A stretch of 64,000 bases of DNA from the human T2T-CHM13v2.0 reference genome, Homo sapiens (GCF_009914755.1 NC_060925.1), one strand, 5' to 3'; numbered from the stretch's first letter, positions 13,152-29,244 are shown. Notes: generated by a model from the sequence alone, not told the origin. Numbers and translations: made by a program.

Positions 13152-13262
13152 TTAAAAATGAAACCTCTGGCCGAGGCAGGGGCTGAAGGCCAACTGGTTT
13201 CGGAAGTGATCCTGGGTGAGAGGAGGAGAAGGAGGAGGAGGAGGTGGAGGTCGGCTTTCCAT
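13152..13262 (-). other. Upstream ORF, 36 aa (MESRPPPPPPPSPPLTQDHFRNQLAFSPCLGQRFHF)
   Basis: ATG in ggaaATGG context (G-3, G+4); stop 80 nt before the PARP8-like ATG; requires the TSS to be upstream of 13262. Confidence 0.55.
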
Positions 13263-14794
13263 TTCCAGATGTGACTGCCCAGCTGCTGCTCGCCGCTGCT
13301 GGATTCCAATTACCTCCCCTTCTGGCGATGGATTGGTGATGACACCGAGTCTCACTTTCTCCTTCCCCCGCCCGGACCAACCGCCGTGGGGGCCGAGGGT
13401 GCCGGGGACGGCCGGAGAGCGATCACCGGCTGGGCGGCGGGAGTCGACGAGGGGCGAGCCCCGCTCCGGCTCAAGCGCGCACACCCCTCACGGCCCGCAC
13501 TCCGGCCTTCCACACCCGTGCACACTCTCGCCCGCGGGCGGCGGCAGCCGTGCCCAGGCTGCTGCAGCGCCACCCGCCCGCCGCGGACCCTCCGCGCCCT
13601 CCGCCTAGTCACCCGGCCCGGCCGCGGGCCGCCGGGGCTCGCAGAGTGTCAGCCATCCCGGGCAGGAGTCGCGTCTCCCCACACCGACCTCCACTCGCGC
13701 CGGGAGCTGAGCGGCAGTGTAGGTAGTGAAGACTCCCTGGGGCTCCCAGCCTTCCCTCTCCGCGCTCTCCCCCCATCACTTTTATGAATTCGACTCCACT
13801 TTCTAAAGGAATTATGAGTCTTGTGGCAAACACAAACCGGAGTGGCCGGGAGGGGGAAAAGGGGGGAAAAGAACACCTTTAAAAATTAAAAAAATAATAA
13901 AACGAACAAATCTTTACTTGTTGCCACCTCAGATAACACGGAAAAAGCCTTGAAATTACCCCAGATGTGCACCCTCCCCTTCCCTCAGTGCCTGAGTCTT
14001 TTTCCTCCAGATCGAAGTATTTCAGCCCTTTTGGGGTGCCGTTTGCGAAACACAGCCCCTTTTGAGGGACTTCCTCTTCTTGAAAAGACTCACCAGTTCT
14101 CCCTTCCTAGGTGTTTCTGTTCATGAGAAATTGTCAGAATCAACTGGCACGTTCCAGGGTCTTCCTAAAGGACGGAAACCTGTTTGGCTTGCTTTTTAAA
14201 ACCACCTCCTTTGACAGTCAGTCCAGGGAAAGCTACAATCCAGGTGTTCAGAAATGAGATACTGCTCTGATTCTCACTTTCTGTTCTGCCTAAGGACACC
14301 TCAGGCTGACGTAGCTGCCCCACCTCTATATTGGTTTATGCCCTAGGAGAGGTCTCCAGCAGGCACTTTTCTTGTTGATCTTTTCTCCGCTGAGAAGGCT
14401 CCCGCCAGTAGACCATGACTCGTTTTGCTTTGCATTCTCAGTGCCACGTACAGTGCCTGGAATACAGGAGGGTGGCCTAAATGTTGGCTGAATGCATGAA
14501 TGGTCATTTCTTGCAGCCTCTTTTCATTACCCTGTCTCATCAGCTTTCTTATCAGAATAAGTGCCCAAGAGTGCCAAACTGTTTCAGAACCTTAATCAAT
14601 TTAGTTCTGATTCTGACCGTGACAACATGATGTTCAGCACGGTACGAATGACTGCCATCTCTGAAGGAGTCTTAAGATTCTGTAGAATCAATGAAAGATT
14701 CTATGTTCTAACGCCTTTATCTTTCAGGAAAGAAATTACAAAATAGTTTCATTGTCCAGTCATATTCACTATGAGTTATAAGAGGAAACATTCT

Positions 14795-15361
14795 ATCTAG
14801 AATTAGAAATACCATTTGACCCAGCCATCCCATTACTGGGTATTTACCCAAAGGACTATAAATCATGCTGCTATAAAGACACATGCACACGTATGTTTAT
14901 TGCGGCACTATTCACAATAGCAAAGACTTGGAACCAACCCAAATGTCCAACAATGATAGACTGGATTAAGAAAATGCGGCACATATACACCATGGAATAC
15001 TATGCAGCCATAAAAAATGATGAGTTCATGTCCTTTGTAGAGACATAGATGAAATTGGAAATCATCATTCTCAGTAAACTATCGCAAGAACAAAAAAACC
15101 AAACACCGCATATTCTCACTTATAGGTGGGAATTGAACAATGAGAACACATGGACACAGGAAGGGGAACATCACACTCTGGGGACTGTTGTGGGTTGGGG
15201 GGAGGGGGGAGGGATATCACTGGGAGATATACCTAATGCTAGATGACGAGTTAGTGGGTGCAGCGCACCAGCATGGCACATGTATGCATATGTAACTAAC
15301 CTGCACAATGTGCACATGTACCCTAAAACTTAAAGTATAATAATAATAAATTTAAAAAAAA
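14795..15361 (+). mobile_element. Young primate L1 (L1PA2/PA3-like), 5'-truncated 3' end
   Basis: ORF2 end + 3'UTR with G-tract, ctagatgacgag, ..cctaaaacttaaagtataataataa poly(A); no TSD found. Confidence 0.93.
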
Positions 15362-15399
15362 GAACAAAACATCACATTGTACCACATAAAAAAAAAAAA

Positions 15400-19062
<3,663 letters not shown>

Positions 19063-19448
19063 AGACTTCCCTGATCGAAATTTAAATCAATTTCCCCTTC
19101 TAATTCTAAAGCAGCCTCCAAGATCCTATAGGGTTTGGGAGAAAATTTGACTTAATTGTCCAAACTTTTAGCCCGAATATTATGATTTTTATCAATTAAT
19201 TCACATGTGGTGTAAGAAGGCAGGGCCACTAAATGGTTGAAAAGGGCGAATTGGAATAATTCTTTAGAGGATTTTTAAAAACAGAGTAAAGCAGACAATG
19301 AAAGGGTCTGCATTTTGGCCAAATACCTCCATGTTGCCATTCCCCAGGTTGTTCCCAAAAATGTAGATTGGAGAATTCAGCAATGCACTTAAAAGGCCAA
19401 GCAAATCTGTCTTTGGTATTTTAAGTGGTTAAGATTTATTGATTGATT

Positions 19449-19700
19449 GATTGAGACAGGGCCTCACTCTGTCACCCAGGCTGGAGTGCAGTGGCTCCAT
19501 CATGGCCCACCACATCCTCAACCTCTCAGCTCTAGCAATCCTCCCACCTCAGCCTCCCGAGTAGCTGGGACCACAGGTGCATGCCACAATGCCCAGCTAA
19601 TTCTTGTTTTTTTTTTTTTTGTAGAGAGGACATCTTGCTGTGTTTTCCAGGCTGGACCTGAATGAACTTCTGGGCTCAATCAATCCTTCCACCTCAGCCT
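19449..19700 (-). mobile_element. AluJ, missing its 5' ~40 bp
   Basis: Reverse Alu ending at ..ctcagcct, abutting RNase H sequence. Confidence 0.9.
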
Positions 19701-20029
19701 AACATTTACACTGGGAGCAGAGATGCATTTGGAGTAGGTGATGATTTTGGAATGCTTTAGAAGCAACATAGGTATCTGATTTCATCAGGTCAAGCCATCA
19801 AAAATGACCAATAAATCTCTGACCTCTTAGAAGCAATTTGAAGACCCAAATTTTGGCCATCATCAAAATTCGTGTTCATTCAAAATTAGACATTCTGGAG
19901 AGCAAGGACAATCATTTTGCTGATGCTGCAGCTAAGAATGCAGCTCTGAAGTTGACATCAGACACAGAACTCCTCGAAATGACCTTGCTGACTTATGACC
20001 CATTGAAGACTTCATTAGAAGTACAAGTG

Positions 20030-20438
<409 letters not shown>

Positions 20439-21335
20439 TTAGGCTTCAATTACCCTTTTACAGTACTTCATAAGCTGACTCATTGGAATTCAGACAAAAT
20501 GTTGGCATGGGGAAAGCAATGGTATTGAAAATCATTGCCTATGATTGCAGAAAATGTTTAGTCTTGCCATACTGTCTGTCCCAAACATAATCCTGGAAAA
20601 CCCCTTCATGGGTCACAGGGACATTTTGCCTTTGGGACCCTTCGAGACATGGCAGTTAGACTTTATCCAGCTGTCTCCATCTCAGGGTCACAGATACTTT
20701 CTGGTGCTAATTTGTATATGCTCACTGGGGTGAGCATTTCCATGCTGATGAGCCACAGCCCAAGTAGTAGGTAGATTGTGATTAGAAAAGGTAATTCCTC
20801 ATGGGGGGTGCCATCTGAACTCCATAGAAACCGAGGAACACACTTCGTTGGTCAGGTAATTTGATCCATTTGTAACATTTTTGCCTAAGTCCCAACATTT
20901 CCATTGTGCCTGTCACCCCTAATCCTCTGGGCCGATGGAATGCACTAATGATACAATAAAAACTCAATTGGCAAAGCTAACAGAAGTTTTTAACCTTTCT
21001 TGGACAAGGATCTCCCACTGGTTGTGGAAAATGTCCACACTCTCCCTCTTTGAAATAATAACAGGAAGACCCTTGCAGTGGTTAGATGAAGGCGCTTATG
21101 AATCTGCACTTCTTAAAGGTGACATTCTCCATTACTGCTAAGATCTCACAGAACTTACTAAGAACTCAACGTTAACAAAGAATTCCATTCATAATGAACT
21201 CCTGGGAGATGAAAATATCAAAAATCTTGGCCTATAACCTGGAGATGTTGTTGTTTACTGGAAACAACATCAAATAAAATATTCTCCCCAAGACTGTTGG
21301 AAGGGACCACATCAGCTATTATTATTACTTTATAT

Positions 21336-21490
21336 ATTTTTTTGAGATGGGATCTCATTCTATTCCCCAAGCCAGAATGCAGTGGCACAATCATGACTCA
21401 CTGTAGCCTTGAACTCCTGGGCTCAAGCCACCCTTCTGCCTCAACCTTCCAAATATTTGGGACCACAGGCATAGGCCACTGCACCTAACT
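21336..21490 (-). mobile_element. Alu monomer (FRAM/FLAM-like)
   Basis: ~155 bp single reverse Alu arm inside the integrase C-terminus. Confidence 0.8.
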
Positions 21491-22248
21491 GACGACAGGT
21501 ATTACTGACCAATCTGTGCCAGTAAACTTAAGGGCGTTGACACATGGATTCATGTTTCTCTTGTAAAAGGCAACCCTACCAGAGTGGACATCTGTCAGTG
21601 GAGATTTTCACTTAAAGGTAACTCACAATCTTCCTGACAGAGATGGCAAGTAGCTGACATCTGGTGTAGTCCACTTTCACCCAAGATACTGGCCTGTATA
21701 ATCAGTTACAATTCCAGTGCTGACCGTGCCTGAGAGAGTTAGTCTCTTTTTTGCTGACTGGAATACATACACCATTAGGGCTCCTTTAAGTTGTAGGGGT
21801 TGTCTCTTGGTGGTTTTGGCAAAATCACCCTATATGCATATTCTCTTAAGATATGACACACTACTCCTGTTGCGTGTATGTGTATATACATATACATACA
21901 TACATACATAGCAGAATACCTGTGATCAGATTTCTGTTTTACTGTCCCTAATTAATTTGATTACAGCAGGGAGGGATAATTCTCTGATTAGAATCTCACA
22001 AACCATTACCTCTGTGGGAAATTTGACAAGGTTCCAGGTTTGCCACTCAAAACCACAAACCACTTTTGACCATAATGACCCATTGGTACATCCTGTGCTA
22101 AATTTCACCTGTATTCCTCCTGATTGCACTCACGATGCAACTCAGGGTCATATCAAGCAAAACCTGTTTATCTAATCTGTCTGACTCACCCTAACCTTCC
22201 TGCCGCACGTCTCAGTTTAACCCATCGTAATCGTATTGTCAAAATAAC

Positions 22249-22690
22249 TGCCTGTAATCCCAGCACTTTGGGAGGCCAAGGCAGAAGGATCACTTGAGCA
22301 CAGGGGTTTGAGACTAGCCTGGGCAAAATGGTGAAACACTGACTCTATAAAATATATACAAATTAGCTGGGTGTGGTGGTGCCCACCTGTAGTCCCAGCT
22401 ACTCAGGAGCATGAGGTGAGAGGATGACTTGAGCTAAGGAGTTCAAGCCTGCAGCGAACCCTGATGACGCCACTGCACTCCAGCCTGGGCAACAGAGTGA
22501 GACCCTGTCTCAAAAAATAAATAAATAAGCTGCGTGTGGTGGTGTGTGCCTGTAGTCCCAGCTGCTTGGGAGGATGAGCCATTGAGCCTTGGAGGTCAAG
22601 AGGTCAAGGCTGTACTGAGCTGTGATCTTGTCACTGAATTCCAGCCTGGGAGACAGAGTCCTTGTCTTAAAAAGTAATTATAATAAAAAT
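22249..22690 (+). mobile_element. AluJ plus an extra right monomer in tandem
   Basis: Alu dimer to ~22528, then a second right arm and A-rich tail. Confidence 0.85.
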
Positions 22691-23085
22691 AAAAAGTACA
22701 AAACCAACCAAACAAAAAATTGTTTCTTCACTCTGAAATAACAGTGGTTAACACCATGATGCCACTGGAAAGTTAAAAGAAAAACACTCCCTCCTGCTAT
22801 CAGGATCCAACCTGCCCTCTTGCTCTAAATTTCTGACCCATGGTTTAAATGCCCAAAAGCTGATGTACTCAAATTATAGCGCACTTACTTGTTCGGCGTT
22901 TATTTTTGTCTCTTGAAAAGATCACCATCCATGGCCCTATAAATGTCGAAGGGCATGGAATGATGAAGTGCAATGTCATTATTGTTATGTATCTCTCATC
23001 GTTTTACTTCTGGGAAAACTAATTTCATGGTATTCTGAAGAGTAGAGATGATTCAATAAGTGACAGCAGCTGTAGACTTAACTGA

Positions 23086-23428
<343 letters not shown>

Positions 23429-23600
23429 GTAATGCCCTTTCAATTGGACTTTTGGGCATTCTTAAAAATTCCTCAGTGAGGTGGCTTCTTTCCTCCCCTG
23501 TCCCCTGCTTGGGACAGGACTATCCGGGAATGAGCCTTTCTGGCAAAGAGGGACACCCTTGACTTAGCTTTTGATCATCGATGCTTTCAAGAAGAAAGAT

Positions 23601-24377
23601 TAAAAAAACTTTTTATCTGAGGAATGTGAGCCCTTTCAAATGATCAGGCCCAGAGAGACGTTAAATCGAGACAGCAACCACTTTCCGCTCCTTCCTTTTG
23701 AGCTGCGCTGAGCTATGTATTCATCCGTTGAAACTGCTTGCTATTGCCTCAAGTAGCTGTAAATTAACCTAATAATGCCACACCAATCCCTATACCCCCA
23801 TACCCTATAACTTAACAACATATAGCCAATCACCAAGCAATGTTATTTCTGTAAACCAATGAGAATTCCTGATAGGCACCTATCAGCCCACTGTCTGTCC
23901 CTGCTTTTGAACTTTAAAAACCTGCTTGTGGGCAGGGTGCGGTGGCTCACGCCTGTAATCCCAGCACTTTGGGAGGCCGAGGCAGGCGGATCATGAGGTC
24001 AGGAGATCGAGACCATCCTGGCTAACACGGTGAAACCCCGTCTCTATTAAAAAAATACAAAAAAAATTAGCTGGGCGTGGTGGCGGGTGCCTGTAATCCC
24101 AGCTACTAGGGAGGCTGAGGCAGGAGAATGGCGAGAACCCGGGAGGCGGAGCAGAGTTCGCGCCACTGCACTCCAGCCTGGGCGACAGAGTGAGACTCCG
24201 TCTCAAAATAAATAAATAAATAAAAAATAAAAAATAAAAACCTGCTTGTGACAAAGGCCAAAGGGAGCTCAGATCCAAGCTTCCTTGGTGTGAGTCTTCC
24301 AGGCAGTTGTCTTCATGTTGACTCAAGTAAACTCTAAATTATATTTTGTGCTTCAGCCTCCTTCTTTTAGGTCAACA
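23601..24377 (+). mobile_element. ERV1 LTR (LTR47/MER72-like; probable 3' LTR of the preceding provirus)
   Basis: Follows purine tract aagaagaaaga; CCAAT boxes; ends ..ttaggtcaaca; split by an Alu. Confidence 0.65.
23930..24240 (+). mobile_element. AluY-like element with ~12 bp internal deletion
   Basis: gagaccatcctggctaacacgg diagnostic; 16-bp TSD taaaaacctgcttgtg. Confidence 0.95.
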
Positions 24378-24521
24378 TGTTCAACAACAGTAGAATAAAT
24401 ACATAAGTTAATGTATATTCCTACAAAGGAATACACGTAGAACCAAATAACCATATGAATAACATGAAAAATTCATAGACATAGGACTGAGTGAAAGAAG
24501 TCAGACCTATGCCTCTGCTTC

Positions 24522-25165
24522 TGCAACCGCCTTTGCAAAAATTACAACTGGGACAATTACCACAGTGAAAGAGATCTGATCTAACTGATTCCATCTTGCT
24601 TCTAACGTACAAGCTGTCCTTGTTGATTGCTGGGCACAGGCCGAAATAACTTTGGGAGGAAATTAGTTTATGGTTTAGCTGTGAAACAAAGATGATAATA
24701 TCTCTGTCCCGAAGCAAACCCCCTTCCTGCCTGGGGACTAGACTGCCTTTGCCGGACTAACAAATTAGCCACGAGATTAGAAATTATGGTTTAGGAGTCA
24801 TGTAGCCTCTGGCTGCAAGATTCTAAACCTCCCCAAATTGTTCCTGGAGATCACATCGTTATTGGAAAACCTAAGATCAGTGCTTGAGATATTTTGCCGA
24901 CCCTGCACTCAGTGGATCAGCTGGCACCAGCTAGACTGATAACCTGGCTCAGCTGGTCTTGTGGCCCCCAAGCAGGAACTGACCCAGCAACAAGACCACA
25001 GCTTCAGCTCCCTGTGATTTCATCTCCGACCTGGCCAAGCAGAACTCTCAATTCACCGGCCCCCAATCACCAAATAAAGAGTGCAGCTCTTTATTGCAAT
25101 TCCCCTGTGTCGAAAAATTGGCTCTGTCTAGGCAGCAGGCAGGGTGTACCTGTTGGGCAGTAACA
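24522..25165 (+). mobile_element. LTR8-like solo LTR
   Basis: tgcaaccgcctttgcaaaa...ggctctgtctaggcagc...ttgggcagtaaca; TG..CA ends; near-TSD cttc/ctcc. Confidence 0.85.
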
Positions 25166-25399
25166 CTCCCCCCAAAACCCACTACAGACTGTGACTCAGC
25201 TTATATGAAAGTAAAGGGCAGGAAAAACTTGCCTGGTAGATTTGCAGAGACGGGGGTGGAAACCATTAATAAGTCTGTGGAGTATTCTCAGAGTTTGGTG
25301 TTGTAGTCTACATATTAAAAGTAATCAGTTAAACACCTGAAATAAAACTTCTCCCAAATATTTTTGCCAAATTTGGATGACTGTGTTTCTGTCTTCGCA

Positions 25400-25720
25400 G
25401 CATATAAAGTGTTAACATGAGGTAAGCGCTAAGGTCTAGAGAAGGCAGTGAAGAGATGACAAACTCCAGCACCATGCCTGAATGTCCAGTGTGCTCTGCT
25501 GGGGCAGCACATTTTTGTACATTGCTGTATCTGAAAAAAACCCTACAAGATTCATGAAACTGGACGACCGTCTTTATAATACTCCTAGTGATAAAACAAG
25601 TAAGGATGGCTGGTTTGCAGTCATCTGAGCAGCCTCTCTAGTTTCATAGATACGGTTTCTCTCTGATATTGAACGACTTCCAAATGTCAAGCGAAATGCT
25701 ACATCACAAGGATAACCGTA
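25400..25720. mobile_element. Tigger-family DNA transposon fragment
   Basis: cagcaccatgcctg..acaagattcatgaaactggac resembles recalled Tigger3 sequence. Confidence 0.35.
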
Positions 25721-26026
25721 TGTGAAAAGAACCGTTTTTCTTTGTAATCCTAAACTTTCTAGTCTGAGCTTTAAAAGCCATTATTTGAAGAAAAGCGCAC
25801 AGGCTCCAGCTGGCCGCCAAAGGGGTCCTTTGCATCACAGGCTAAGAACCTACTTCTTTGGGAGAGACCAGGGACGGGGATGGGAGGGAAAGGAGGTAGA
25901 GTCAGGTGTCACTTCCTCCGCCCGCTCCCGCAGCTGGTTGGTCGGCCGAGTGGCAGAGGGTGGGGCGGAAGAGCAGACGGGGACGGGAAAGGCGCTGTCG
26001 GTGACATCACAGATAGGGCGATTCCT

Positions 26027-26034
26027 ATGCAGAG
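26027..26034 (+). promoter_or_regulatory. snRNA distal sequence element (octamer-like ATGCAGAG)
   Basis: At about -226, in U1-type context gacatcac..agggcgattcctatgcagaggaggcagc; nearby GC box and ETS site acttccgg. Confidence 0.7.
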
Positions 26035-26190
26035 GAGGCAGCTCAGGGGCTGCTGCTTCGCCAGGAAAGATTTCTCGTGCTGTGGGAGCTAGTCCAGGAC
26101 TTCCGGTTGGACGTGATAGTCCCAGCTGTGTGTCAGGGCTAGGAGGACTTGAGGCGGCATGGGGGCGGGGTGGGGGAATGCGCGGGGCAA

Positions 26191-26212
26191 GTGACCGTAC
26201 GTGTAAGGGGTG
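26191..26212 (+). promoter_or_regulatory. snRNA proximal sequence element (PSE)
   Basis: GTGACCGTACGTGTAAGGGGTG at -62..-41 versus U1 PSE GTGACCGTGTGTGTAAAGAGTG. Confidence 0.9.
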
Positions 26213-26252
26213 AGGCGTATGGAGCTGTGGCAGGGCGGAGGTGCGTTCATTC

Positions 26253-26415
26253 ATACTTATGTAACAGGAGAAAATACGGCCATGAAGTTGGTGTTTTTCG
26301 GGGGCGGTTTTTCCATTGTACTCAGTATGTGCTGACTGACTCCTGTTACTTCCACATGTGGGGAAACTGGACTGTAATTTGTGGTGGTGGGGAATTGCGT
26401 TCGCGCTTTCTTCTG
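26253..26415 (+). ncRNA. Variant U1 snRNA gene (RNVU1 family), 163 nt
   Basis: Colinear with U1: ATACTTA.., CCATTG(T)ACTC, ATGTGGG(G)AAACT, Sm site AATTTGTG, GCGTTCGCGCTTTC..TG; retains genomic promoter and 3' box, no poly(A), so not a retrocopy. Confidence 0.95.
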
Positions 26416-26424
26416 GAGGTTGTA

Positions 26425-26438
26425 GTGCAAAAAGCAGT
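26425..26438 (+). terminator. snRNA 3' box (degenerate)
   Basis: GTGCAAAAAGCAGT about 10 nt after the 3' end versus consensus GTTTN0-3AAARNNAGA. Confidence 0.65.
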
Positions 26439-26702
26439 TTGTCTACCAAGTGATACTTTCAGCTTTTACAAATGCTGAACAATATCCGTGGTGTGTTTTC
26501 ATGTCACCTCCTCTCCCTTCTTTGTTAGAAAAAAATGGAAGAGCACGTGGATGTTTTGAGATGAGAAGAGGTGCGTTCACCACCTTCACCTCCGTGTAGG
26601 CTTGTTATTAAGGGAAAGGGAACAAAGGAGTCTCACTTATGTAAGATGACCTTACATGAGAAGAAGAAATTCGAGTTGGTGAAAAGAAAGAAATTCAATT
26701 TC

Positions 26703-27032
<330 letters not shown>

Positions 27033-28157
27033 CTAATATCCTGGCATGCAAGAGAGAAATTCTAAGACTGTCTCAACTGTAGAAATGTTCAGGGGGAAAA
27101 AAAAATAGATGATTATTTATTCTGTTTCATTCATTGTCTCGTTGAGTTTGTCACATGCCAGGTGAGGTGCCTTACCTGTGTTCATAACCTCAAGACATAA
27201 AAGGGAAGGAATTTTAGAATGATTCAATGATATCACTGTTTTGCCTAATAAGCAAATAATTCAGTAAGAGACACTTATTAACAAATCTAAGAATAAAGCT
27301 TCCTTTTTAATCACAAAATTGCCTTTCTTCACATTATCTTTCTTTACATTCTTTGACAAAGTACCCCAACCCATCAATATTGTCTGTCTTATCCAAACTG
27401 AAGGATGATAATCCAGATTTAAGAAAATATCTATCAAAATAATGACAACATTGAGCATGTACTCAGTATCTGCTGGGTATAGGGCACAACAAATATCTCT
27501 CGAGTTAGTACCAGGCCCTGTGCTGAGGCCTCCACTCCTCTCTAGCTCATGTGCACTGAGCAGCGAGTGCCACTGGCTCCTTGAAAGCTGCTTAGGCACC
27601 ACCGTTTTTAATTCCCATGAGAGGTGCTGTGTGCACCCCAGTGGACAGATGAGGGAATGGAGAGCAAGTGGATACCCTTGGGTAGAGAGCCACACATGGT
27701 TGGATCCAGCTCTGGAAGGACTGACCCCTTCTCTACCCGACTCGAGAAAGCCCACTGTCAATGATCTCGACCTCTACTTTATGTCTCCTATTTCTGGAAC
27801 GGAAATGACCTCGTGCATATTTCAAATTCTCCAGCTTTTCCTTGCCTTTCCTCCATCTTGTCAGTACTCAAATAGGAAAATGATATATACATATATGTTG
27901 ATCATGTACACTTAATTTCCTAGATGTAATTAAGTATAAATTTCAGGCAAAATGCTAACTTGAATATATTTTTATGTTAAAACTTTTCCATATTTCATTC
28001 ACTTATCATTAAGAAAGCAAAACCTTTGCACAAAATATTGTGCTAGCCTTTGCCAGGAGACAGAAATGAGGAGTCATGGGCTGTGTTCTTCAGGAGTGTT
28101 GAGTTCTCCCGAGAGTGTGAGAATACACAGGTAAGCCCAATAGAAAGCAAAAGTCAG

Positions 28158-28500
<343 letters not shown>

Positions 28501-29244
28501 CAAAAGTCAGATGACTAAGGCAGTGATGATTGCCACATCCTGTGCGGGGCAGCCTCTGGGATTTGTCTCAAAACACACTCGATCTAGTTCTTGACGCCCA
28601 TTGAGATGGATGCTAGGTTATAGGCAGTTACATAAGATCTTCGAGCCTCAGTTTCCTTATCTCTGAAGTGAGAAAAGTAATATTGATATTGTTAAAAAGG
28701 CATGAGATTTAGATATAAGTAAAATACTTGTATTTTACTTAGTACCTACTTAATCTTCATGAGTGAGTCAAAGAAAGCAAGTAGAATTAGGCAGGGTTGT
28801 GGGGATGGGGAGAGGCAAGCTGTGCTAAAGACAGGGGAAATGGGCAGATAGAATGCAGGGCTAAACACAGATACCTACAACCTGCAGCAGAGGCAACTTA
28901 CTGAGCTTAACATAGAGAATACAAGTCACTTTAAAATGTACAGTTCTATGTTACTTTTCACCCCACAATAAAATCGGTCCTTACCTAGAAAAAAGTAAAG
29001 ATAAAAATGAAAGAAAAGAGGAGTGGGGGAAGTAACACACATGTGTACACATTCAGACCTTTGGCATGCTTACATCAGAGAAAGAACACTTTTGCAAGTT
29101 TTCTTGGCACAACGAATGGTAATAATTTTTAAGTCTATTGTGTCTGTCATCTATTCATATATTCTGAAACTGCTGACCTCTCATTGACAACAGTATGCCT
29201 CTTTTTCTAAGATTAGAAATTTTAAAATGTAATTGCTGATAATA

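Larger units (their letters stand above)
12100..13900. promoter_or_regulatory. CpG island / PARP8-derived promoter and 5' UTR
   Basis: Very high GC and CpG density, GC boxes, (GGA)n tract at ~13219-13250, spans the first exon. Confidence 0.9.

Noticed and set aside
12056-13876. Many long overlapping ORFs (up to 328 aa) in the CpG island
   Set aside because: Stop-poor GC-rich sequence, present in all frames and strands, low-complexity R/G/P/A content; only the spliced PARP8 frame is recognisable
21957-22175. Domesticated env (syncytin/HEMO-like) gene
   Set aside because: Only ~70 codons, no ATG or intact signal peptide, CWxC motif degenerate, truncated by Alus
27261-27915. Opposing 166-aa and 157-aa ORFs; also ORFs at 30088-30783
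   Set aside because: No recognisable domain or coherent exon structure; likely chance
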